This document shows, in pieces, positions 43,734 to 58,100 of a DNA stretch of 64,000 nucleotides. A program made the translations under genes and the position numbers. The notes under the pieces were generated by a model. The model had not been told where the DNA came from. It saw only the letters and a list, made by a program, of their open reading frames with translations, and did not search any database. Origin of the DNA: Raja brachyura (taxonomy: Eukaryota); assembly GCA_963514005.1 (NCBI GenBank), contig OY740804.1:5828001-5892000 (forward strand). The letters are read 5' to 3'. Each line of letters opens with the position of its first letter. Positions within the stretch are counted from its first letter, which is position 1.

Positions 43734-46101
43734 TTATGTATTTTAATTGACTTGCTATTAATGAAAATTGTCCCCAGTGTGTATGCAGTAGTGTGGATTC
43801 GCTGCTGACACTTTGCTCGCGCTGCTGCAACAAGGGTGTGCAGATTCGTATCTCTGAACCGCATCTTGCGAGCAACTCGTTGCAACACTGTTTGCTGAGC
43901 ATTTGCAGAACTCATGGGTCAATGGCGAATGAAGACAGAATTAAATTGTTTGGTTGCATCGTCGGTTCTTCTCTGCAGTATTTTCAGTTGGGCAAGTAAA
44001 CAGGAAATAGCTCCTAACAAAAGATCATTTACAGAGGGCCGTCAACGCTCGTCTAACATCAGTGGCGGACACATCAGATACAGATACAGATTGATTTTAT
44101 TTGTCACATGTGCCAATTGGCACAGTGAAATGAAGTCACCATACTGCCAAAAAACAGGGACACAACACAGAGTACACAGAAATTCAACATAAAACATCTC
44201 CTTCCAGCAGGATCAAATTTCCCACCGTGAGGGAAGGCACCAAAGTCAGTCTCTTCCTGATGCCCCCACTGTTCACCCATGGTCGGGGCCTCCCCCAGCC
44301 CTCCGCTGTCGCCGCTCCGGGCGGCCCGATGTTCAGGCCCGCTCCCCGGGGCGATGTAAGTCCGACGTCGGGACTGGGGGACGTCCTCAGCGGCCTGGAT
44401 CCGGAGTCGACCCCCTCCTACCGGAGTCTGCGGCTCCCAAAGTCCGCAGGCCGCGCTGGGTGGAGATGCAACGCTGGAGGCCCTCGGCAAAGGGCCCCAG
44501 GACTCCGCGTTGGGAGCTCCCCAAACCAGAGCTCCACGATGTTGGAGCAGCGGCCCAACGCTCCGGAGCTCCAACGGCGATCCAGGTAGGCATCGCCAGC
44601 TCCGCGGTGACTCCAGTGCAGTGCCGCCGCTGTTGCAGCTCTGGTCCGGCTCCCGGTTCCCGGTCCCCAGTCCGCGGCAGGAAAGGCCGCTCTGATCCAG
44701 GTGGTAGGCCGCGAGGTGGGGGGCGAGGACCCGACTCGGAGAAGTAGTCGCGTCCCCGCCAGGAAGTGACTGGGAAGCAGTTTCCCCCTTCCTCTGCCCC
44801 CTCCCCCACATATAAAAGTGTGTCACACCGATACCACGTGATGTACAACATTGCCACTGATGTACACAACCCGAATAAACTGCACTGTCCCCCTGAAAGT
44901 AACACACCCAGGACGATAGCAGGCTGCAGATATTATGTTAAATTATAACGTTACTAGTTGCCTACAGATTGGAATGAATCGATGCAAGCAGATGCAAAAG
45001 GTCAGCAACTGACATGTACATGAACAGAACACTGATAATTTATTAGCTCTGTATTGCAATGAAGACAAGTTAACAATTCTATTCACCGTGCATATTCTAT
45101 CTTGCTTTAACTTCGCTAAGTGTATCACTTCGCCCTTGTTTGAGTTACATTACACATGTCACTTACATTCCACATCCCGCTTTCCCAGCTGATCTCCATC
45201 CTGTGGTAATTCTAGACAAACTTCTTCACAGTCCACTACACCGTTAATTGTCATTTTCAAAACGTGAATAGCATAACAATCGTGTTTCAAAGTTTGAAAC
45301 AAAGTGTTGAAGCAGAGAGGAGAGGGTCAACAATGAACCTCAGCTGGTTGCAGGTGAAAAGTCCGTAATTCCTAACGCTAGCTTCCTGTTTTGCCCCTTG
45401 TCACCAGTAATATATCAAAACATAAGTTCCAATGATTGTATTTTTGATCTGTCGGTCCACTTACAAAATCAACAAGAGGAAATGGTCCGAAGTGTACACA
45501 TCTTAGACGTTTCTATTCTTCTAAATGTCATATTTTATCCAATGTATCATTGTTTACATGAAGGGTCCCGACCCGAAATATCACCTATCCATTTTATCCA
45601 GAGGTGCTGCCTGGCCCGCAGAGTTGCTCCTGCATTTTTTTGTCCATCATTATTTCCACCACTGTTCAGTGTTAACAGACTCTGAGTGCAGAGATATTCT
45701 CCCCTCCATTCTTACGGATACATCACACTTGACGCAGTGGTTGAAGCAGCTGCAGTAACAACATGTAACGAGCACTTGGACAGGTCCATGTATGGGGAAA
45801 GTTTGGGGAGATATGGGTCGGACGTGGGCAAATTTGACTAGCTTAGATGAGCATATTGGCCTCACGCGTTGGGGAGAAGGGCCTGTTTCCGTGCTGTATG
45901 ACTCTGAGATCATCTGACCCAACCATTTGTTAAATATAACCCCGAGCCTTTCACACTGTAACTTGTTGAGCTGCTGTTGGCTCGCTGTGGTTCAGGATCT
46001 GACGTCCTGTTCCCTTCTTCCTCATTGCTATTTGAGAGATGCGGCTGTATCTGAGGAGCTCAGAGCTAAGCGACAGACAGACAAGTGCTGGTGTCATCAC
46101 T

Positions 46102-46150
46102 ATGGACAAAACAACGTGGATTCCCATTCTTCTCATCTCCTCGCTGCCCG
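46102..46150 (+). CDS. Gene B signal-peptide exon
   Basis: MDKTTWIPILLISSLP, G|gtgagt donor; the second ATG of gene A is ACG here. Confidence 0.8.
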
Positions 46151-49100
46151 GTGAGTGAAAGCCAGATCCTCATATTCCAATGATCAATGTTATTTGGGGT
46201 CCCATGCACCCTTTCCTCAGCAGAGATAGTTAAGTATGTGCAGAAATGGGGGAGATGCAACTCAGTGCGTTGTGGTGATGGATCTGAAATCACATTTGAA
46301 TATCTAGGCTGTGTTCGCAAATAAACTTGGAGCAGATACTCCAAGATACCTGGACCGAAGGACAGAAGATGCAACATCACCAGGAAGTTAATTCTACACT
46401 TTTAAAATGTGTTTACAAGAGGGGGGGGGGGGGGGGTCGGGATTTGAACTGTCAATATTCCCTGCATTTGTCCAACTCAACTCTGTCGCAAACCCAACAA
46501 TTCCCCGGTGTCTGAGACTGAACTACTGTCCAGGTTCTATCCACCTACCCCCAACTCTCTCTCAATCCTCTCTCGGATCCGCGGCCCAGTCGTGAAATTC
46601 AAGTTCAGTTCAGAAGAAACTGTCCCCGAATCTGGCGGTGTGCGTTTTCACGCAAGTAACGCTCTCCGGTAATGGACCCCGCTTTATTGTAACTCGTTCG
46701 TCCTCTGTGTCCTCAGTCAGTGCGTTGTAAAGGCAGTGACGGCGGTGAATGTTTAAAGACGGGTCCGGCATTCCGCGCCCGGGTGGGACTAGAAAAGGAC
46801 CAGGCGCTGTCCACGGGCACCTGGGGGATTTCCGGGACATCTGGGCACCGCCTGGGGTTGAATACATCCCTGACAAGTATTGTAACATAGTTGTATAGAA
46901 TTTGGTATATTTGTTTGTCTTGTATTGTGGTGGTGGGTTCTGTTTTGTTTTATTGTATTGAAAATAATATTTTTTAATAAATTATTTGATTTTTTTTTTA
47001 AACACGGGTCGGTTGAGAGATGAATGTTGGTTGAGAGATGAATGTTGGCAGCGCAGCCGGCGGCTCCGCCAATGAAATAGAGAAGTGGGGTCTTTCTCTA
47101 GGGTGATTGTTGAAAGGCAGCTCCTGCACCACTGCCGCGCTCCCTCAGTACCGCACTGCGATCCCAGCCCAGTTTCTGCTCAGGGATCAAGAGTGGGAAA
47201 TGAACCCGCATTGTACTGACCCGGGGACAGAACACTGACACAACTGGTACAATAACAGCACTGCCTGCACTTCAGACCGGAGACATTGGCCGAGAAGCAA
47301 TATGACATATTATGGAACGTTTTAAGTTTTCTTTCATGTAATCTTCAAAATGTATCTATTACCATTAAACAGTTAATTTGCTCTCCATCTGAAAGTTTCT
47401 CCGCTCAGTTGCAGGTGCAGTGTGGGCTAAGTGGGATGTAAGAGGAGTAGTTGGAAGAACGATCACAATCGATTGCCACTATGCAGCAGAGTACCGCTCA
47501 CACGTAAAATACTGGTGCCGTGGGAGGAGTCGACCGTGTACAGTTTTAGTGGAAACTAATGGGCAACACGGACGGAGTGGACGAGTGTCAATCACAGATA
47601 ACCCGGCACTAAGAATATTTACTGTGACTGTGGAAGATCTTCACTCTGGAGATACGGGATGGTACAGCTGTGGGATTACAACATCTGCCGACCATCCAAT
47701 ATTTAACGTTTATCTCGAAGTATCTGACGGTAGGTTTCGCAGCGAATGACGACGTCTCCGGCAGAAAGATAATACATGATTACAATCGATCCTCTTACAG
47801 TGCATAGATACTTGAAAAGGAAATTACGTTTAGTGTAAGGCAAAGCCAGCAAAGTCCGATCAAGGGTCGTCCGAGGGTCATGAAAGAGGTAGATATGAGT
47901 TCAGCATTGCTCTCTGGATGTGGTAGGATGATTGAGATGCCTGATAACAACTGTGAAAAAATTGTTCCCGAATCTGGCGGTGTGCGTTTTCACGACAGTA
48001 ACGCTCTCCGGTAAGGGACATGGAAGTGGGTGGTGAGTGGGCGAGTGGTGAGCGGGTGCGTGGTTGGGTGAGTGGGCAGATGCATGGCAGATTAAGTTTA
48101 ATGTGGATAAAAGTGATGTTATCCACTTTAGCAGCAAAAGCTGGAAGGAAGATTATGATCTGAATGTTGTCAGGTTGGGAAAAGGGGAAGTACAAAGAGA
48201 TCTGCGGGTCCTTGTTCATCACTCACTGAAAGTAAGCATGCAGCTGCAGCAGGCAGTGAAGAAAGCCAGTGGCATGTTGACCTTAATAACAAGAGGAGTT
48301 GAGTACAGGAGCAAAGCGGTCCTTCTCCAGTTGTACATGGCCCGAGTGAGACCACACCTGGATTATTGTGTGCAGTTTTGAACTCCAAATTTGAGGAAGG
48401 GCCTTCTTGCTATTGAGGGAGTGCAGCGTAGGTTCACAAGGTTTATTCCCGGGATGGCGGGACTGTCATGTGTCCATTGAATGGAGCGGGTGCGCTTGAA
48501 TACTCTGGAATTTAGAAGGATGAGATGGGATCTTATTGAAACATATAAGATTATTAAGGGATTGGACACGCTAGAGGCAGGAAACATTTTCCCGATATTG
48601 GGTGAGTCCGGAACCAGGGGCCACAGTTTAAGAATAATGGATAGGCCATTTAGAACGGAGATGAAGGAAAACCTTTTCACCCAGAGGGTTGTGAATCTGT
48701 GGAATTCAAAAGAAAGAACCCTACTGATGCATTCAAAAGAAGGATAGGTAGAGCTCTTTGGGCTAGCGGAATGAAGGGATATGGGGAAAGGCAGGAACGG
48801 GGTACTGATTTTGGATGATCAGCCATGATCACATTGAATGGCGGTGCTGGCTCGAAGGGCTGAACAGCCTACTGCACATATTGTCTATGTATCTATGTAT
48901 GTATCTACAGTTCCTTGTGTCTCCACCTCATCATATAGAAAAGCAAGGTCAATTAAAACTTGAGCAAGAGAACATTATACCGTGAGAGTAACTGGGCGCA
49001 GTGGTTTCCTCATGGTTGTTTTCGGTTGTTACTTTTGTATTTGAAGTGAACCCTGCTGATGTTAACGACTCAGGAATAGATTTAGGTTCTGTTGAGATAA

Positions 49101-52100
49101 AGACATAAAAGACAATTAAAGATAGAGAAAACACGCTGGATTAACTCCGCGAGACAGGCAGCATCTCTGGAGAGAAGGAATGGGTAATGTTTCGGGTCTG
49201 AGGATGGGTCTCGAACCGAAACGTCAGAGAGAGAAAGAGTTAGATGGAGCTCTTAAAGATAGCGGCGCTTGAGGATATGGTGAGAAGGTAGGAACGGGGT
49301 ACAGATTGGGAATGATCAGCCATGATCATAGTGAATGTCGGCGAAGTAGCAATAGCAAAGTTGGGTATTTCTGCAGGTGAGAGTCCGGGCACCGCCTGGG
49401 ATTGTTGAAAGGCAGCTCATGCAACACTGCCGCGCTCCCTCAGTACCGCACTGCGATCCCAGCCCAGTTTCTGCTCAGGGAACTAGAGTGGGAATTGAAC
49501 CCTAATTGTACTGACCCGGGGACAGAACACTGACACATCTGGTACAATAACAGCACTGCCTGCACTTCAGACCGGAGACATTGGCCGTGAAGCAATATGA
49601 CACATCATGGAACGATTTAAGTTTTCTTGCATGTAATCTTCAAAATGTTTCTATTTCCATTAAACAGTTCATTTCCCCTCCATCTGAAAGATTCTCTCCT
49701 CCATTTCAGGTGCAGTGTGGGGAGAGGCGGATGTAAGAGGAGTTGTGGGAAGAGCGATCACAATCGATTGTCACTATGCAGCAGAGTACCGCTCACACAC
49801 AAAATACTGGTGCCGTGTGCGGAGTCGCCAATGTACAGATATGGTGGAAACAAATGGGCAACACGGACGGAGTGGAAGAGTGTCAATCACAGATAACCCG
49901 GCACGTGGAATATTTACTGTGACTGTGGAGGATCTTCACTCTGGAGATACAGGATGGCACAGGTGTGGAATTGCAACATCTAACGGCCGTCCAATGATAA
50001 ACGTAGAACTCGAAGTATCTGACGGTATGTTTCGCAGCGATTGTCTTGTCGTCTCCACTGAAAAGCCTGATCCATGTTTTCTCCGGGAAGGGTCAGGGCA
50101 GCACCGATATCCCGAGGCTCCGCAGCAGTGCAGAGACCTGCGGGGAGCGGGCGGGGGTCCGGAAACCCCACTAATTTTGCTCTCACCCTATGTGGGCTCT
50201 GCCACACTGAGCGGCCACCCACTTAGAAACATGGAAACATAGAAAATAGGTTCAGGAGGAGGCCATTCGGCCCTTCGAGCCACCACCGCCATTCATTGCG
50301 ATCATGGCTGACCGTCCCCAATCAATAACCCGTGCCTGCCTTCTCCCCATATCCCTTGATTCCACTAGCCCCTGGATGTCTATCTGACTCTCTTTTAAAT
50401 CCATCCAGTGATTTGGCCTCCACTGCCCTCTGTAAGCAGGGAATTCCACAAATTCACAACTCTCTGGGTGAAGACGTTTTTACTCACCTCAGTCTTAAAT
50501 GGCCTCCCCTTTATTCTAAGACTGTGGTCACAGGTTCTGGACTCGTCCAACATTGGGAACATTTTTCCTGCATCTAGTTTGTCCAGTCCTTTTATAATTT
50601 TATATGTTTCTATAAGATTTCCCCCTCATCCTTCTGAACTCCAGTGAATACAGGCCTGGTCATTTCAATCTTACCTCATAAGAGAGTCGCGCCATCCCAG
50701 GGATCAATCTCGTGAACCTACGCTGCACGGCCTCAATCACAAGGATGTCCTTCCTCAAATTACACCAAAATTGTACTCAATGCTCCAGATGTGGTCTTAC
50801 CAGAGCCCGAAACAACTGCACAATAACCTCTCTACTCCAATACTGAAATCCTCTTGTTATGAAGGCCAACATTCCATTAGCTTTCTTCACTGCCTGCTGT
50901 ACCTGCACGCCAACTTTCAGTGGCTGGTGTACAAGGACACCCAGGTGTCGCTGTACCTCCCCCTTACCTAACCTAACCCCATTTAGATAATAATCTGCCC
51001 CCTTCTTTTTGCCACCAAAGTGGATAACCTCACATTTATCTATATTATACTGCATCTGCCACGCATCTGCCCACTAACTCAACCTGTCCAGGTCACCCTG
51101 CAACCTCCTAACATCCTCTTCACAGTTCACACTGCCACCCCTCGTTGTGTCATCCGCAAACTTGCTAGTGTCGCTCCTGATTCCCTCTTCCAATTCATTA
51201 ATATATATGGTAAACGGCTGCGGCCCCAACACCGAGCCTTACGGCACTCCACTCGCCACTGCCTGCCAATCTGAAAAGGACCCGTGCACTCCGACTCTTT
51301 GCTTCCTGACGACCAACCAATTTTCTATCCAGGTCAACACCCTACCCCCAATACCATGCGCTTTAATTTTAGTCACCAGTCTCCCGTGTGGGACCTTATC
51401 AAAGGCTTTCTGAAAGGCTAGATCCACTACATCCACTGGCTCCCCTTCATCCATTTTACTTGTCACATCCTCAAAAAAATCCAGAAGATATCAAGCATGA
51501 TTTTCCGTTCATAAAATCATGCTGACTTGGACTAATCCTTTTACTGCTATCTAAATGCCTCATTATTATATCTTTAATGATTGACTCCAGCATCTTTCCC
51601 ACCACCTAAGTCAGGCTAACAGGTCTGTAATTCCCCGTTTTCTCTCTCGCTCCTTTTTTGAAAAGTGGAATTTAACTTCACTTTCACTTCAAGTGGGATG
51701 CTCAGCACATTTCTATTCTTCTGTACAGTATCAAATGTCACCCTATCAGAAGTTTGCATTCCGACTCAAACTAATAATCCGACAGTGAGAAACAAGCGTT
51801 GCTCGCGGTCTGAATACCCCAAGAGTTAAAAAAATCAGTCTCCAGATTGCGATCAGTCCTCCCGGAGTAGGCCATCCCGCTCCCCGCCCCCCACCTCAGG
51901 GATCAGTCACTCCCTCCCAAACCTCGGGCTCTCTCTCTCTCTCTCTCTCTCCCTCTGTCCCGTCAATGTGCCCCCACCCCCAGCAGCCACTGTCCACCTA
52001 CCGCCCGGCAGCCAGCCAGCCACTCCACCCGGACATTTCCCGGGTGGTAAGCAGAATAAACTCATCTTTCGCCCCATCAGCCGTCGCACCCAGCATATAA

Positions 52101-55100
52101 TCCTTCGACATTTTCGCCACCTCCAACGGGATCCCACAAATGGCCACATATTTCCATCTCAAAGTCAAAGTCAAAGTCAAAAGAGTTTATTGTCATGTGT
52201 CCCTGACAGGACAATGAAATTCTTTCTTTGCATAGCACAACACAACATAGTAGGCATTGACTACAATTATATACGTAAATACACACATGAATTAATACAT
52301 TAATAAAGTGCAAATAACATATGGAGGGATACACCGCTTTCCGAAGAGACCGCTCCCTCCGTAACTCCCTGGCCAAATCGTCCATCCTCCCCCCCCCCCC
52401 CCCCCCCCCCAATAAAAAACCCATCCCCTCCCCAGGTACATTCCCCGACAACTGCAGGAGATAGATCACCTGTCTGTATACCTCCTTCCTCTACTCCGTC
52501 CAAGGACTCCAACAATCTTTTCGGGAGAGGGTTCGCTTGCATCTCCTCCAAGCTCACCTACTACATCCGCTGTTCCAGGTGTGAACTACTATATATCGGC
52601 GGAAACAAGCGCAGACTCGGCGATCGTTTCGCTGAATAACTGCGCTCAGTCAGCCTCGGCCGACGCTACTTCCCGATTGCTGAACACTTTCATTCCCCCT
52701 CCCATTCCCAAACGCACCTTACTGTCCTGGACCTCATCCACTGTATGCCTCGTTGTCACTTTCCCTTCAGTCGACAATGATTCATTCTACATTTTCTTTT
52801 CACCTTTGATCACTTGTTTTCACACCTTGCCTTTCCATTTATCTTCTGTCTCCCGTCCCATGACTCTCAGGCTGAAGAAGGGTCTCGACCCGAAACGTCA
52901 CCCATTCATTCCTTCGATAGATTCTGCCTGCTCCGTTGCGTTACTCCAGCATTTTGTTTATATCTTAAACGGATCGTAAGTAGAGCAGAGATGGTTAAGT
53001 GTGTGCATGCGTATAATGGGGGAAATGGAACTCAGTGCATTGTGGTGATGGATCTGAAATCACATTTGAACATCTAGGCAGTGTTCGTAGTTTAACCACT
53101 GTTGACACATGGTCTAATTGCACCCTGATGATAGTTGATCGGCATAAAATAGGGAATGAATTTGGATCAGATACTCCAAGACTCCTGGTCCGAAGGAGAG
53201 AGGTTCGAACGCCATCAGGAAGTTAATTCTACACTTTTAAAATGTGTTTACAACTGAGGTGGAAGTCAGGATTGTGGACTCATGATGGCAGTTCAAACAT
53301 TCCCTGCATTGTCCAACTCAACTATGTCGCAAACCCAACAATTGAGACTGAACCACTGTCCTTGCTCTCTCCACCCACCCCCAACTCTCTCTCCATCCGC
53401 TCTCCGATCCGCGGACCAGTCGTGCAGAATTGTGAAGGGCGAGCCGGGGTCATTGGGAATAGAACCTGTCCATGATAAGCAGCGGAACATTGGGCTCCCA
53501 ATTCAGTTTAGTTTATTGTCACGTGTACCGAGGTACAGTGAAAAGCTTTTATGTTGCGTACTAAGCAGAAAGACAATACATGATTACAATCGATTCTCGT
53601 ACAGTGCATAGATACATGAAAAGGAAATAACGTTTAGTGTAAGGTAAAGCCAGCAAAGTCCGATGAAGAGTAGTCCGATGGTCATCAAAGATGTAGATAG
53701 GAGTTCAGCACCACTCTTTGGGTGTGTTAGGATGATTGAGATGCCTGATAACAGCTGGGGAAAAACTGTCCCCGAATCTGGCGTGGTGCAGCTCCTGCAA
53801 CATTGCTGCGCTCCCTCAGCCCATAACTGCGATCCCAGCCCAGTTTCTGCTGAGGGATCTGGAGTGGGAAGTGAACCCGATTTGTACTGACCCAGGGACA
53901 GAACTCTGACACAACTGGTACAATAACAGCGCTGTCTGCACTTCAGACCGGAGACATTGTTCATGAAGCAATATGACACATCATGGAACGATTTAGGTTT
54001 TCTTGCAAGTAATCTTCAAAATGTACCCATTTTCCATTAAACAGTTCATTTGCTCTCCATCTGAAAGTTTTCCCCCTCCATTTCAGTTGCAGTGTGGGGA
54101 GAGAGTAATGTAACAGGCGTTGTGGGAAGAGCGATCACAATCGACTGTCACTATGCAGCAGAGTACCGCTCACACACAAAATACTGGTGCCGTGGGAGAA
54201 GTCGCCAATGTACAGATATGGTGGAAACAAATGGGCAACACGGACGGAGTGGAAGAGTGTCAATCACAGATATGCAAGCACTAAGAATATTTGGTGTGCG
54301 TGTGGAAGACCTTCACTCTGGAGATACAGGATGGTACAGCTGTGGGATTACAACATCTGCCGACCATTCAATGTTCCACGTATATCTCCAAGTATCTGAT
54401 GGTACGTTTCGCAGCGATTGACGACGTCGCCACTGAAATAATCCTCCGACATTTTCGCAACCTACAACGGAATCCCACAAGTAGCCACATCTTTCCATCT
54501 CCACCGCTTTCTGCTTTCCGAAGACACAGTTCCCTCCGCAACTCCCTGGTCAACTCGCCCTATCCCACCCAAACCACCCCGTCCCCAGGTACCTTCCCCT
54601 TCAACTGCAGGAGATACAACACCTGTCCCTATATCTCCCCCATCTACTCTGTCCAAGGGTCTCAACAGTCTTTTCGGGCAAGGCAGAGGTTCACTTGCAT
54701 CTCCTCTAACATCATCTACTATATCTGCTGTTCCAGGTGGTGACAAGCGGATATAGTAGATGGGAGACCAAGCGCAGACTCGGCGATCCTTTAGCTGAAC
54801 AACTCCGCTCACTCTGCCTCGGCCTTCGCCACTTCCCGATTGCTGAACATTTTTATTCCCCCTCCCATTCATAAACTGATCTTTCTGTCCTGGACCTCCT
54901 CCAGTGTCAGAGTAGGCCAAAGGCAAATTGTAGGAACAGCGCCTCATATTTCGCGTGGGCAGCTTACAACCCAGCGGTTTGAATATTGACTTCTCTAACT
55001 TAAGTAACCCTTGCTTTACTCCTGTCTCCATCCCGCCCCCAACCGATGCCTCCAATTAGTTTCACTGGTTTCCTGATTATATTTTACTGAGTGTCTGCCT

Positions 55101-58100
55101 CGGTGTCACCTTCCCTTCAGCTGACAATGATCCAGTCTACATTTTCCTTTAACATTGTCACCTTTGATCACTTGTTTTAACACCTTACCCTTCCATTTCT
55201 CTTCTGTCACCCCGAACATGACTGCCAGGCTGAAGAAAGGTCTCGACCCGAAACGTCCCCCATTCATTCTCTCGAGAGATGTTGCCTGCTCCGCGGTGTT
55301 ACCCCAGCATGTTGTGTCTATCTTAAAGGGATCGTGATTAGTTTTTGCGTTTAAATTTCAAAGCATTGGATAGGGTTATTGGCACGCTAGTCTTCATCAG
55401 TGAGAACATTCAGAACCTAATTTGGGACAATATGCTTCAGATGTGCAGATGTTGAGTCCACAATTTGGGAATTGTGTTCAGCTTTAGTCCCTCGGCTCCA
55501 TGAAAATTGCCTTTGAGGTGGACGACATTGCCTCGACAGGATGGGATTGACGCAGGGAGCGATTGGACAAACTCAGACTACATTCCTGGGTGTGGAAATG
55601 ATTGAACGAGGAACTTACGGAAATGCATCAATCATGTGAAGCATGTTCATTTTCCCACGATGTGTGGAATCACAAAGTGGAGGACAGACGCAATGGGAAC
55701 TATTTAAAGAGGGGGGAATAGTAAGGAGGCATTGACCTTAATGGCATGTTTTGTACAGATGAGTGGCCGAAGCTGAACACGATTCGCCCAAGTTTGAACT
55801 CAATCACATAGGTACAACTGAAACAAAACATCCCAACTTATCTTCTGAGGGACAACATTTTCCACACATTGGGTAATATGCACATGGAACCTGCTGCCAG
55901 AGGGAAGTTGTTGAGGCATTAAGAATAACAGCATTTAAAATAAGTGTTGGATATTTGCGTAGATTGGGATCATTGCGAGTGATAAATGAGAAACGAGGAT
56001 ATATGGAAATGCCCTCGAGAGACATGTTGGTCGGCATGAATGAGCTGTTGTGATGGGCATCTTTCGGTTCTCTATAACTCTAACCTTCTTCGGTTTCTGG
56101 GCTTCGCACACTCACAGAGATGTAGATGAGCCGGTGAGATATCAACCGGACGGTTCGGGCTGAGATAAAGGGCTGCTGAAATTTAGCATGTGTTTGGTTT
56201 TTAACTGTTCATACAGGTGACTGAATGTTTGTTCCATTCCCACAGAACCCGTGTCTGCTCCTGTGCTCAGATATCTGTCACCAGCAAATGCCTCACGTCT
56301 CGGAGGCTCAGTGTCAGTGTCGTGTGAGTCTGTCCGTGGATCCCTTCCCATCCAATACACATGGTTTGAGAAGAACGAGCATTGGGTTTCAACGATCTTG
56401 AAAAGCAAGCAACTGGATCTGAGTTGTGAAATCCTCAGAGGTGAACACCTTCAATATTACTGCACAGCCGCAAATAATCGTGGGACAAAATCCAGTGAAA
56501 TAGTCAAGGTGAAAGTCTTCAAAGGAGCAGGAACGTGCAGTTATGTGACAGAAATGAACAATGCAGGTGAGTGTTCCTCTCGTGCCTCTGAACCTGCTGC
56601 TATTCACCTTGTGGTGATGTTTGTGGATTTCTTGTTATTTGCAGACGGCATCATTGCAGCCACCGTGAGCTCATGGTGTAAAATGCGGGAGTTTGTTTGG
56701 GCAACTGGCAAATAATTGCCTGTTGCTTTCACCTGGGAGGTGTTGAGCTTCGAAAGGAGAGAAAGGCCTGCACTTATCACAACGGGTTGAGTGCATTCCA
56801 TCACAGTTCTGCCTTCTGCGTTAAAAATGATTTTCTGGCTGCCGCTTAAGGTCTCAGTCACTTTGAGACAGAGAAAGCACCCAAATTGATTCTGTTTGGA
56901 TCCACCATCATTACAACCAAGGATGTACAATTTCATGATCATGTTCATGATTTTAACTCTGTTAATTTGTGTTAAACTCCAGTAATCTCACAAAATTAAA
57001 TTGGCATCTCCTTGACCGTCACTCCATCAAGTATAATCCTTACTTGTGTCAAAAATAATTTTGAAATTAACCTGGAGTATTGCGTACAGTTTTGGTCTCC
57101 AAATCTGAGGAAAGACATTTCTTGCCATAGAGGGCGTACAGAGAAGATTCACCAGACTGATTCCTGGGATGTCAGGACTTTCATGTGAGGAAAGACTGGA
57201 TAGGCTTGGCTTGTACTCTCTGGAATTTAGAAGACTGAGGGGGGATCTTATAGAAATGTACAAAATTCTTAAGGGGTTGGACAAGCTGGATGCTGGAAGA
57301 TTGTTCCCGATGTTGGGGGAGTCCAGAACAAGGGGTCACAGTCTAAGGATAAGGGGGAATTCCTTTAGGACTGAGATGAGGAAAACATTATTTACACAGA
57401 GAGTGGTGAGTCTCTGAAATTCTCTGCCACAGAAGGTAGTTAAGGCCAGTTCATTGGCTATATTTAAGAGGCCGTTAGATGTGGCACTTGTGGCTAAAGG
57501 GATCAGGGGGTATGGAGAGAAGGCAGGTACGGGATACTGAGTTGGATGATCAGCCATGATCACATTGAATGGCGGTGCAAGCTCGAAGGGCCGAATGGCC
57601 TACTTCTGCACCTATTTTTCTACGTTTTTTCCTATGTTCTAAATGAAACTCCCAGTAAGTGTGGAGACGTTCAGATTGGAACTGGAAGACAGTGTGAATG
57701 GTTTACACCAGAGAGACCAAGCTTATACAAGGCCAGTGCTTCTTAAACTATTTCAGTGTAATTCACCCTTGAGTCTTTATTACACGATTTAATTCACCCT
57801 CCACTAAATGTTCTTATGTTTTTTTGGTTATTATCATCTTATTTTCCCTTGTGCATAATTTTATATATAATTTATTTTGACCCTTGAGCAAAAAACATGA
57901 ATTAACTCATTAATCCCAAAATAATTTCATTCACACTTGGATGAATCATTTTAAGACGCGCTGGCCTAGGCTGCAATTTTGCTGGACACTTGTGCTTGGT
58001 CCATCATGACCCAGAATCGTGCTTGATAGACACCCCATCCTCAACCTCCTCCGTTGATGCAGAGCAGCAGCAGTTCGCACCATCTGCACGATACACTGCA

